Source of the DNA: Perna viridis
Lineage: Eukaryota
Reading direction: 5' to 3'
Assembly (NCBI GenBank): GCA_037379345.1
Contig: CM074520.1
Coordinates: 16,347,488-16,411,487 of the forward strand
Length of the DNA stretch: 64,000 nt
In this document: positions 54,601-64,000 of the stretch, in pieces
Position numbering within the stretch: the first letter of the stretch is position 1
Layout: each line of letters begins with the position of its first letter
Notes under the pieces: generated by a model
Database searches by the model: none
The model's input: the letters and a program-made list of their open reading frames with translations, nothing else
Told to the model about the DNA's origin: nothing
Made by a program: the position numbers and the translations under genes

Positions 54601-57600
54601 CCATATTCACAGTAATCTGAAATACTTCTCATGTTAAGATATTTTTCAAACTTGCCGTATAAAAGGTATTCATTAGCTGATGGTATAAACTCTTTAAAAA
54701 GTGAGGGTCACTGATCAAAAAAGAAAGTTAATCACATTTGTGTACCATTTCTGCAAAATTTGGTATGGTTATTGGATATCTCCTATTCCAAATGTTATAT
54801 TGGATGACGTTACTTCATAGTCAGCGGGATGTCTTTACAAGGTTACAAAGGCGATATATACATAAAACTATAATTATAATAATAATAATAATGTACAACA
54901 TGAATTGGTCCTGTGGGCTAAGAACGTGATTACAATACTACTTAAAGGAGTCCATGACAACAGACCTCCAAACTTTCTTGGTCCTCGAGCAAGTTAGACA
55001 AAACCATTACAGCCATTACATGGAGATCATTCCACTCAGGATGAGCTACAAAGTCCACCAACTTTGTCATGGCTTCCAAGTCTCTTAGAGCTCCTCTATT
55101 GTCAGCTGAAATGAAACAAAATATGCCATCAAGGGAATCTGAATTGTTCAATTATTACAGTTCAAAACAATTGCAATTTATTTGAGGACATTATGAGGTT
55201 AAAAACACAAATTTCCATTTAGATAACTTTTTTTTATTTGTTAAATGTTATTAATAAGATTATCTGGAAAATTATCCATGTTTTTGTGCATTCAGGCAAA
55301 CTCTAATTTTTTGGAAATTTCCATCGTTACATTTTGTATGTTTTGTCATTCAAATCACCACTTTATTTTTATTCCTAGACTGAAGTTTCAATATTTTTTA
55401 CATTTTACATATCTCTTAACTTACAATGCAAATATTTTCAATGGCAAAAAAAAAACCCAAGTTTTTTTTTTAAACCAAATCAATGAAAAACCTAAAAACC
55501 ATTTCTACACTTATGTTACAATCATCACTCTTAGACAAAATGTAAACAAATAAAAAAAAACTTCAATCAAGCAAGATACACCAAAAAACACACATTTTAA
55601 AACAGATCACAGAGTGTATTGAAGTACTTCTTGGCAAGCTCATAAAAAAACAAAACAAAAAACAAAAAAAAAACAATGATGTTACATAACAAAATCAAAT
55701 GAAGGGGAGAAATTTAGTATGTAAAGATGTAAAAAAATAGAAAAAAAAAACAATTTTTTGAATGCTTCAATAATTAGAAAATATTTTGGGATGAAACCAG
55801 CTGCCTTAGTTTTATTCTTGTGCAGTCGTCGGTAGTAAAATTACCGCAATTAGTTCAGGAGCCGTCAAAACTAATGAATTATGCATTACTAAGTTATGTA
55901 ACTTGCACCGTATCTTGCTAAAAATCACTTTCCCAATCTTTTGTAAACTTCTAAACAAAGATATCAAGATAGCTTAAGTTACTTATTATAATTGAAAATA
56001 TTTTGATTGGAACTCTGAAGGTAAACTGATTCAATAATAACACAGAAACCATGCTATGCAACATATTTTACACTCCTTTTTTAGCCTTACCATCTTGTGA
56101 TGCTCTGTCTAATGCTAACAGTGTAAGTTTCTGTATAATGGCAAAGTCTGACTTCAGTAACTCTAACATTGGCGCTAAACCATCAGCATCCTTCAGGGCT
56201 GCTCTTGTTTTATAGTCCTATGAAGATAAAAAAAATTTTTCAAACAAAAATGAATATAAAGGTAATTGCAAGGTATCATCTAACTCCAGAGTTAAGCGGG
56301 TATTTCATTTAAACATTGAAATGGCAATTTTTTTAACATTCTATACAAAGGTAACTAAACTGTTATAATTCTTCTACAAGTTTGTTTCTAAAGAGATGGC
56401 AAAAATATTTCCCTATTTATCTACATGTAGTAAGAATAAACAATGGGACAAGAAACTAGTTTAAATGTTTGCGTAAGGAGGTAGACCTGGGGTAAGGGAC
56501 ATAACTCATGAAATCAGTGATATGTTTGCATCATATTCCATTTCACCAAAGCCTCTCAAGTTTTCATTTGAAGCAGAATAAAATTAATCCAAGGTAATAA
56601 GATGCTTACATAAGATTGATGTAAAATGCTGAATACAAACATTCCAATGATTTTTAAGAGTTGTGTCCCTTACCCTAGGTCTACCTCCTTAATACTGGTA
56701 CATTAAATGTCATTGCAAGTGCTTAGTATTTTGTTAAGAATAGTTCAAGGTATGTAAAGAAAAATATACATAAGCACGTTCCATTACCAGTAACAATTGA
56801 GCCAAAGTTTCTATAGAATTCTTCTGTACATCAGGATCTGTAGAACTGAGACACTTCACCAGTGGTTCAATACCATTACTCTCAAAGATAACTGCCTTAC
56901 TGGTAAACTCTATGGCCAACTGTGACAAACCAAGGGCACTGAACTCATGCACAACTGTATCCTCTGGAAAAAAAGGCAAGATATAAATCAATAGTCCAAT
57001 GATATATTTGGGAACTGTAAAACACGTTAATGTAAAGACATTGGTGCCCATTCAGTGGTGGATCCTGGGGTTGGTCCCCCGTTTTGTTGGAAAATTTGTA
57101 TTAATTTTGTGTTAATTCTGAGCAAAAATAAAAGCCTTCCCTTTTAACATTTGCTTGATTCATCCCTGCTACTTTGAAATTTAATTTTTTTCAAGTTGGA
57201 TATTTTTGAACAAACAGACATGATTTCAGCAAAAAATAATGAACTGATATAAAATTGTAATGTGAAGTCAGATTAGTAAATTTTCATTGTGGTTTCACAT
57301 TGATAAGCCTCAATTTCAAAAATACCATCTCTTCTTTTCCATAAGTAACAGTCCATATAAAATCAGACACAGCCTATTGTAGAGGTGATTCAAAGTGTAG
57401 AAAAAAAACGACTTAACAAACGATGCATTTTTGGACTATATATACTAAAGTTTCACTTAACAATAGTCCTTATCATATTCAGATCTGTATGTTTGAGAAA
57501 ACAATATATTATTCTTCCACTTAAATCAACTAAATCAAACCCAATCAAGAAGGACAACTCTTGTAAAGAGCCAATTTCATCCACAATCTAAGTATTTTTT

Positions 57601-60600
57601 TTTATTTCGAATGTGCAACAACTGATTGACAAACTAAGAGTGAGGAAGACTGGTTATGTGGTCTGTAACTGTTTCTGAGTGAGAAATAAAAGTGAATTGG
57701 TGGGTTTCTGATATGCATGAATCACATCCTGTCTTATTTTATAAAGAGTGCTACTTAATTACAAGGCAAAAATATATATAACACAAATTTAGCTATTTAT
57801 ATTCTACAGGTCTTGTAATTGTCCGGCAAGAGTATGTTTCGTTAATGTGAATACAGTTTTTTCTAGTAAGTTACATGTACATTCAGGAATTTTAAAACTG
57901 ACAAAATGAATTTATGCATCAAGTATTAAGATCTCTAACTGAATTCCAGAGAAGAATCCAGTCATTATAATATGAATAAACTGGAGAATATTGCCAAAAT
58001 TCTTCCATCAACAGCTGTGGCAATAAATTCAGTTTTTATCAAAGAACTTTTAATATGAGCTGTCTGAGAGAATGACCATTAAGAAAGGTTTATTGGTAAT
58101 ATTTGTTTGTAAAACTTATGACCAGTGATGCTGCAAGAAATACACTTAATATGTCATATATCTTTTGTTTTAATTTAGTTTTGGATAAAAAAAAACAGTA
58201 AAAAAAATATGTAGCCTAAGATTACATCACAAATACAAAACAATAAATCATTAAAGTTAAAACATGGAATAGTAAATAAACAAACCTTCTGGAGCCAGTA
58301 ATGTTATAAAAGCTGGAATCGACTCTTCTTTCTTTCTTAAGACTTTTCTTACTTCAGCTATAAAGTAAAAACAAAATTAATGATGAATTAATTTTCTTTT
58401 GCCTACAAAAACATATCTATCTCCCTGTTCCAAAGTTTAAACTAAAGGTGTAAAACTCCCAAATGACTAAGTGGATGATGAATTTCTGGTAACATATACA
58501 ATTACATATAACATACTAACTACCTACAATGTTTCATGAAAATTAGTGCAGTATTTTTTAGGAGTTCAACTTACAATAAGTGTGGTTTTACAGAATCAAC
58601 CAAAAAAAGTGAAATTGTTGAAATTGGAAGTACCGGTAAAAATAAGGTAAAAAAAAAGAACCATAACAGTAAATAGTGGATTTGAGAAAGTGGAATTCCG
58701 CTTTCAAGCAGAAGAAAATCAGACCTGTCTGTTACAAAAGTGTGACAGACAGACAGGGCAAAAACAATTTGCCTCCCCAGCAAAGTGGGAGTACACATAA
58801 TTTTAGTAATTAAGGAGAAAAACTAGTATTTTACACCCAAGAAAATTACAATCCTAATATTAACTCTAAGTAGTGTAGAAGTATTACAGATTTCATAAAA
58901 AAATTAAAGTAGAATCTGTTTCTCCCACTACCATGATTACACACAATACATTAGTTTATAAATATGTATACCATTTCCACAGAAGACTTTTTAATTCCAT
59001 CTCTAGGGAATTGAATTATTTTAAACCACAAGGCTGAGTTGTAAGAAAGTTTCTCTCATCATGAGAGAAAAAAAATATGTGACTTATAACTCTATAGATG
59101 CTAATTTTAATAAAGCCACTACTTTAAGATGTTTGAAGTCTTTTAAAATTTCTGAAAGCCCTACCCACAGGTTTATTGGATAATACTTACGATGGGCAGT
59201 CATAACACTGAGAGCCATACACGAATTCCTTCTGACAATCCTATCTTCACTGGACATAAGGGGAAGTAAGGCATCTACAGCACCAAGATCTAATAGCTGT
59301 TTCTTGTTCTCATCACCTAGAATTAAGTTTTTTTTAATTTAATTTGATTTGTTATAAGCCTTTTGATTGGTTATCCCTTCAGAACAAGATTATTTACCAC
59401 AGGCTTACTTGGTATTGTGATGTTATTAATATTGGTTGATCAACAATCAAATAATTCCAAACTAAATCTTGGCTTTGATGAAGGAACAAAATTAAATTTT
59501 GACTGCAATCGATCAGAAATTAAACTGTAAGGATTGTTTTTAATTTTTTACCAATCAATTCTTTGCATGACCAACTTTGGGACAACTTACACTTGTTCAT
59601 AAATCGCTAGAGAAAGTCTAGATTTTCATTTGATTGCAATACAATTTACAGCAGCTAGACCACTCCTCCAATGAATAATGCATTTTTTTATATCAATTTT
59701 CATTTCTGGTAATAAAACACCTTTTCAATAAAAAAAAGAATATGAATAAGGCACAGCCTACAACCGAACTTCACACTTATATACATTTTAAGGCAATGAA
59801 AAAGGGATGATGGCCGAAAGGGGCGTGATAGGATAGATGACCACTTTTTTAGATACTGTGAATAATTCTTTATTATTTTCCTTGATTTCTGAATTGCATA
59901 TTTTAATTTTCAATCAATTCAAAGGCTACTTTCATAACCTGTAATACTAGCCTAGTCCCTCCATATTTTAACAAACCTTGTAACAAACTTGTTAAAAAAA
60001 AAAACCAACTGCTTTTGACTTATTCTATTTTGGTATGTCATTAGTAACAAATGGTGTAAACCACATTTAAACTGATCAATAATTCAACAGGAATTAGTTG
60101 TTCAACTGAAAAGAATCCAATATTACAAAAACACCCTAAGAACAGTGAAAACAAAATTCTGCCGGAACAACAGACATGTCCAATAAAATCATGGTAGGGC
60201 TGGTGAAAATTTTTTTTTTTGATTTTTGGACCAAATGTACTTTTTTTCCGTTTCAAGTTGTTAAAGGTGAAGAAATACATAAGTTTTACCTGCTACGAAA
60301 TATTTGGAAAATATTCAGTCTTGTAAAAACTTGTTCGGTCAGATGGATTTTTCTTGTCCACAGGACCGAACGTCCTGCAAAATTTTTTGAATTTCGCATT
60401 TACTCTAAGAATACAGTTAAATAGAATATTGTACCTCAGCTTCAGATTATTTTACTTTACACTGAATTCACATACAAGAATATTATTTATAATTACATTT
60501 GTCAACATATCTATAAATAGCTTCACAAGCCTTTGACTGTACATCTTCTTCAGGACTGCTCAGCATCAACACAACAGTCCCAGCTTGTCTGCTCTCAACC

Positions 60601-61531
60601 GACAATGGATCAAACTACAATTGAAATAAGATTACTTTCAGGTATTGAGTGAGTTGATCTTTCAGTTTGCATTTCATTGAACATTGTGTAGTAATCAACT
60701 AATTACAGTGATCAAAGTCAGGGAGAAATACTTGCTAAATGCAAGTTGAAATTCAGTTTTGCTAGGAGAAAGTTGAATACATGTATATACGTAAATTGTG
60801 TCCCAGTACTGCTATTATTTTGCATAATCCACAGCATCATTTTACAAACAAAGTCTTTAAATATTTCAATACTGTGGTAGTACAATTGTCCATGGGATAC
60901 CAATTTTTGTGGTTTTCGTGGGTAGACCAAACCATGAAATTTTGTTCCTAACGAAACAGAGAACCTCATAACCATGAATTCTAGAATCCATGAACTTGTA
61001 TTTCTTCCCTAATACACGAAAATCAGTATCACGAACTAAAGTACATTTTGCTTTCACAGTATTTATCTAAATAATACATGAAAGAAGACACCTTCATTTA
61101 CTGGGGTATTTAGGCGGGGACAGTTACTGTAATTTCATTGGTCCAAGCTAAAAACTATAACTTCTAAAAAAAAAAAAAAAAAAAAAGAAATAACACAGAT
61201 TTTCACTAGCTAGTGTACTCATCACTGTACTTGAGCATACATGTACATACTGTAGGGCCATTGACTAGGTATGAGAAATTCATTTACCCCTCTAAACCCA
61301 AAATAGAGAATAAAAAAGACAGTGCATTACAACCAGATTTACAATATAATAAGACAGTATACAGCATTAGTGATTAGTGGCATTAATCCATAAATGGATG
61401 GATGGAATGGTGTTAAAAAAACGTATAATGTATATGTGTCAAAAGACCGTTGCATACGAAAATGCCACATGACATTTACTTACAACATCATCTGGAGGGG
61501 GTTTTTCGTCCTTCTTTACTTTCTTGCCCAT
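36581..61531 (-). CDS. ARMC3: Armadillo repeat-containing protein 3 (ARM repeats plus C-terminal EDR1-like domain), 21 coding exons, about 889 aa
   Basis: Exons: 61531-61484, 60614-60497, 59316-59191, 58357-58286, 56963-56788, 56217-56091, 55105-54966, 51100-50953, 48779-48666, 48384-48232, 47637-47529, 46563-46387, 45873-45801, 45037-44901, 44050-43926, 43667-43529, 42873-42766, 38920-38711, 38037-37875, 37266-37171, 36691-36581. All introns GT-AG, phases compatible, total 2670 nt. Protein starts MGKKVKKDEKPPPDDVFDPLSVESRQAGTVVLMLSSPEE and contains FSWELPISQVRYELKSNVVPIGKVKAGIHIHRALLFKVLADRI, matching vertebrate ARMC3 as recalled (MGKKIKKEVEPPPKDVFDPL...HRALLFKALADRIG). Confidence 0.95.
37171..37266 (-). 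CDS. ARMC3: ARMC3 exon 20 (VLADRIAVGCTLNRGEYNLAWNEVMLPDCDDT)
   Basis: AG/GT, phase 0 to 0. Confidence 0.94.
37875..38037 (-). CDS. ARMC3: ARMC3 exon 19 (YVSDHMGG...HRALLFK)
   Basis: EDR1-like core, phase 2 to 0. Confidence 0.95.
38711..38920 (-). CDS. ARMC3: ARMC3 exon 18 (KSKAQKEKEEKQREEQ...PCDSNLCKYLEEVTEKIQPLLTSREQVIALA)
   Basis: Within ORF 38707..38982, phase 2 to 2. Confidence 0.92.
41746..41994. mobile_element. MITE with CAC termini and internal CACATGAAATTCA-type repeats
   Basis: TA-CACAGGCAAA ... TTTGCCTGTG-TA. Confidence 0.7.
42766..42873 (-). CDS. ARMC3: ARMC3 exon 17 (SVIKESQSVAEIEMNKDSSKTSVSGKSSRTGREGK)
   Basis: Low-complexity linker, phase 2 to 2, within ORF 42726..42965. Confidence 0.85.
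43529..43667 (-). CDS. ARMC3: ARMC3 exon 16 (STNLIQDGFYDAGQMRPGSKFLSLEDYCKQELHDKRPVLLVNAKP)
   Basis: DGFYD motif at the start of the EDR1-like domain, phase 1 to 2. Confidence 0.93.
43926..44050 (-). CDS. ARMC3: ARMC3 exon 15 (GMSILQEIQVSGTRRNPFADVALQNLLNSNLSAKYSLSGIL)
   Basis: AG/GT, phase 2 to 1. Confidence 0.92.
44183..44667. mobile_element. IS3EU-like non-autonomous MITE with an internal 21-bp satellite
   Basis: TIR CATGGCAAGCATAAGTGGACAAAA / TTTTGTCCACTTTGGCTTGCCATA; 6-bp TSD GGGAGA; internal TTTTCTAATATTACAAATTCA arrays in both orientations. Confidence 0.8.
44901..45037 (-). CDS. ARMC3: ARMC3 exon 14 (FRNAGGLDYLIALLYSGNDEVRRNSSWAVAVCAVDEQTAAEVCRL)
   Basis: ARM repeat, phase 0 to 2. 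Confidence 0.92.
45801..45873 (-). CDS. ARMC3: ARMC3 exon 13 (NTNVQSKCSLCVAAYVCDADSRTE)
   Basis: AG/GT, phase 2 to 0. Confidence 0.92.
46387..46563 (-). CDS. ARMC3: ARMC3 exon 12 (EISNFNGIDALINTLSDAREEAVANAACCLTNMATEE...LIDPLKS)
   Basis: Within ORF 46383..46583, phase 2 to 2. Confidence 0.93.
47060..47305 (+). repeat. Dispersed palindrome-ended repeat (second copy at 51265-51525)
   Basis: Shared GTGATTAAATTTCTG...GGAGAAACAGAT...AGACTGAAGGAGA. Confidence 0.7.
47529..47637 (-). CDS. ARMC3: ARMC3 exon 11 (GVQPLVKLLNSDSGDVKEAASLALANLTANNSTNC)
   Basis: ARM repeat, phase 1 to 2. Confidence 0.93.
48232..48384 (-). CDS. ARMC3: ARMC3 exon 10 (ENRKILHEQEAEKMLIHLLAHESAEVQAAAAQALGTMSENLLSKDSIREW)
   Basis: Within ORF 48194..48442, phase 1 to 1. 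Confidence 0.93.
48666..48779 (-). CDS. ARMC3: ARMC3 exon 9 (KKSSEEKEEAPPGEAIIPTLPDVKMCAAKAIARSARS)
   Basis: Within ORF 48643..48864, phase 1 to 1. Confidence 0.9.
50953..51100 (-). CDS. ARMC3: ARMC3 exon 8 (LVKETGTLKRLVALITDQPPPEEEPKGGGGKGGKGEKAGSRAAKKSAKD)
   Basis: Overlaps ORF 50879..51079, phase 0 to 1. Confidence 0.9.
52453..52867. mobile_element. Kolobok-like MITE flanked by TTAA
   Basis: TTAAGCCTAAAAAAATGTTATGTTTC ... GAAACAGCATTATTTTTTTGGCCTTAA. Confidence 0.55.
53378..53682 (+). repeat. 38-bp minisatellite, about 8 copies
   Basis: Unit TAACTCAAAGCATGCCTGAGTACTGCATATATTGCCTT. Confidence 0.9.
54966..55105 (-). CDS. ARMC3: ARMC3 exon 7 (DNRGALRDLEAMTKLVDFVAHPEWNDLHVMAVMVLSNLLEDQESLE)
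   Basis: Within ORF 54942..55151, phase 1 to 0. Confidence 0.92.
56091..56217 (-). CDS. ARMC3: ARMC3 exon 6 (DYKTRAALKDADGLAPMLELLKSDFAIIQKLTLLALDRASQD)
   Basis: AG/GT, phase 0 to 1. Confidence 0.92.
56474..56691. mobile_element. MITE with about 34-bp TIRs
   Basis: TAAGGAGGTAGACCTGGGGTAAGGGACATAACTC ... GAGTTGTGTCCCTTACCCTAGGTCTACCTCCTTA. Confidence 0.85.
56788..56963 (-). CDS. ARMC3: ARMC3 exon 5 (DTVVHEFSALGLSQLAIEF...DPDVQKNSIETLAQLLL)
   Basis: Within ORF 56734..57051, phase 1 to 0. Confidence 0.93.
58286..58357 (-). CDS. ARMC3: ARMC3 exon 4 (EVRKVLRKKEESIPAFITLLAPE)
   Basis: AG/GT, phase 1 to 1. Confidence 0.9.
59191..59316 (-). CDS. ARMC3: ARMC3 exon 3 (DENKKQLLDLGAVDALLPLMSSEDRIVRRNSCMALSVMTAH)
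   Basis: ARM repeat, phase 1 to 1. Confidence 0.93.
60497..60614 (-). CDS. ARMC3: ARMC3 exon 2 (FDPLSVESRQAGTVVLMLSSPEEDVQSKACEAIYRYVDK)
   Basis: AG/GT boundaries, phase 0 to 1. Confidence 0.93.
60870..61061. mobile_element. Tc1/mariner-like MITE
   Basis: TACTGTG ... CACAGTA termini with internal CCACGAA/TTCGTGG-type motifs. Confidence 0.55.
61484..61531 (-). CDS. ARMC3: ARMC3 coding exon 1 (MGKKVKKDEKPPPDDV)
   Basis: ATG at 61531, GTAAGT donor. An acceptor ttttgcag ends 2 nt before the ATG, implying an upstream 5'UTR exon. Confidence 0.93.
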
Positions 61532-62889
61532 GTCTGCAAAATACATATAGATATAAAATTATTCAAAATGACAAAAATCACATATCTTGTCATGTTACAT
61601 TAGATTAGACAGCACAGGACTGCACTTTATTGTAAGAATTTGAGTATAGCTGGTTTCTTTTAATTTGAAATAAAATAAGACATTAATTAGCCACTCTAAA
61701 AATTTTTAAAATGTAAAATACCGAAATCTATAACTACCAGATGAAGATATCTACAAATTTTTTGTATGTATTGTTTAACTGAATCCTCCTAAACCTACAT
61801 CTACCAAATCCCAAAAAGTGAAATTGGCATTGGATAAAAATAATTAATTTTATATACACTAACAATGACAAAAATTACCCCTACACCATCTCTAAGCATT
61901 AGAAAATGCAGTTCCTAGACCTGGGCCCAGATACCTGATCCTCTTGATAGCAAATTAGATCTCGAACCATCTCTTGATGAAATTCGAGATCTTTCTCGAG
62001 AATGCAAGCCAGACCTGAACACATCCAAATGTGTCCCAACATCGGCCATTATGCGCTGTAGAAGATCATACATGTATGTAAGCTATGTCTATGATCGAAA
62101 CTATCAATTAAAAACATCATTCAAAAAAATTATTCATAGCCTCCTAAAATCAGTCAGAGACTTGTCAAATTTTGTTATTCACTAATTCAGAGATTATTAT
62201 AGATCTCAATTTATGATACCAAATACTCTTAATCTATCGACCTCTTTTTTATATCAATTAAATATATTAAAAATGTGTCCCAACTTAAGCCATGGATGTA
62301 TCAACAATTTTGAATGCTAGTATTTGTATTGGCCCAAATCAATGCATTTTTCTTAACTGTTTTCATACTGAATTCTCCTTCCACAATGTAAAATTAAATT
62401 GCTACTCTGACATCAAAAGGTTATTCAGAGACAAATCTGGGTACATTTAGGTCAAAATAACAAGTCAGAATTCATGCACTGTCATGGCTCATGTGTTTCA
62501 AAGGTCTAAACTAAAGACATTAAGTTACATGTATGCATTGCAAGTATGTCTACGATTAAGAACATCAATCAAAAATGTCAATCGAAGTGATTATTATTTA
62601 GCTCCCTGTTTCTTGCCATGCTATGATTTTGAAATAAATATTAATATATGAAATGCTAAAGCCTGGGGTAAAGAAACAATCGAAATACTCAGTCATGTCA
62701 GTGCTTTACCCACGCTAAACCTATTCCTCGTCATTCATTACAGAAAAATTGACGATTGAATACGGAATTACTATTGATGGGAGATATGAAAAGTCACAAA
62801 CCTAGTTTCTAAACAAATGCCGCCTGAGTAATGCAATTGTAAACTTTTCTAAGACCGATTTTCGACCGCCATCTAATCAAGCTTGTGTT

Positions 62890-62930
62890 GTTGCTAAGGA
62901 CGTCTAAAATTTTGTGTAAATCGTGACGTA
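62890..62930 (-). promoter_or_regulatory. Candidate ARMC3 promoter: RFX X-box-like site plus CRE-like site
   Basis: GTTGCTAAGGAC at 62890-62901 and TGACGTA at 62924-62930, in a relatively CpG-richer patch just upstream of a plausible 5'UTR-exon donor (AG|GTTTGT at 62802/62801). Confidence 0.4.
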
Positions 62931-64000
62931 GAACACACAAGAACCTGTATGACAGATGGCGGGAAAGGGCTTCTTCTTGATTGTATCACGAACAATGACT
63001 GACAACACACATATTGTAACCTGCACCTTTAGAAAAGAGAGGATTTTGTTTTTTCGATATAGAGAACATTATTTAAACATATCAACTCGCGTTGTTAGAT
63101 TATATTGTAAGGGCCCTGTTATGGCATATGGTCGTCCCATTAACTTTTCGTCCCTTTATCCCTTTATGATTCAGGGCTCCTTAGGGGCATATAAGCAAAA
63201 TAAACATAATGTGAGTGTATAAAGTAGAGATAATTAATGAGGATATTTAATAGACCCTTTTGTGCTAATGTTGGGGTAGTCGATGAACATTTTTTGAGGT
63301 CTCAGTATCGTATTAATTTTCCCATAGACTTCTATAGTGAAGTGCATATTTTTAGGATTTTTTAAAAAATATGTAAATTGATTCAATAAAACTTTCACTT
63401 ATGTAGCATTTCTAAGTACATGTGAAAAAATAATTTCCTGCAAAGAAAATAGGGTGAGTCCACGAAGATCGGACAGAAAAGTAGTCGAACTATAAATAGC
63501 CATTTTCCCTACTTTCACTTTCGTTTTGCACTCACCAAACCAACCTTTTCAGTGGAACATTTTTATGATATTATGTTAGATTTTCTCTTAAAAAAGTTCT
63601 TCATCTTCCAGTGTGATGTTTGCTCTATTTTATAAGTCACTGTTCATATCTTTTGACAAAACATTAGTTTGTAGAGAGGCAAAAGGAAAATGCACTATAT
63701 TTTTATAGCATCCATGTTTTGACGAACACCCGCTCAGGGATATGCAATACGATACTGGTACCTATTACTAATAAACATTTCAATATAATCATAAAAGTTG
63801 TTGTTTGTCTGCTAGAGTATTCATTTTGATACTGAAAATTCAGAATATCATTGCCCTGCTGCAAACATGAGTTTTCTATTAAAATTTTTATATAGGTACC
63901 CTATTCCAGGCATAAGACTAATATCTCAATGTTAGCCAGAAAATATTACTTTTGATAAAAAGCTGCTGCATTAGTCAAACTAAGCAAATTTGTGGTTTAT

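Overview
AT-rich, intron-rich animal genomic DNA. The repeat families suggest a bivalve, probably Mytilus (inference). I found no rRNA, tRNA, CRISPR or prokaryotic operon structure, and most ORF-track entries are spurious. (1) The right half (36581-61531, minus) holds an intact 21-coding-exon ARMC3 gene of about 889 aa, assembled by hand with consistent GT-AG phases. It carries a Gly/Lys-rich insertion and a candidate 9-nt micro-exon. (2) Convergent with it is a multi-exon plus-strand gene remnant (29786-36147) that the ORF track misses. It resembles the C-terminal half of VWA7-like proteins and has several frameshifts and a stop. (3) A decayed Toll-like receptor (LRR-TM-TIR; 22419-25204, minus) is interrupted by a Penelope-like element. 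(4) The left 20 kb is mostly decayed transposons: a spliced IS3EU-like DDE transposase interrupted by a CR1/L2-type LINE with a degenerate 2A-like motif, Penelope-like retroelement fragments with a conserved structured 3' end, Crypton-like and Helitron-like non-autonomous elements, and many MITEs. I cannot support a wholly new biological system here. The best leads are the hidden VWA7-like locus, the structured Penelope 3' RNA, the ARMC3 micro-exon and a MITE-bounded composite element. All family assignments come from recalled motifs; no searches were run.
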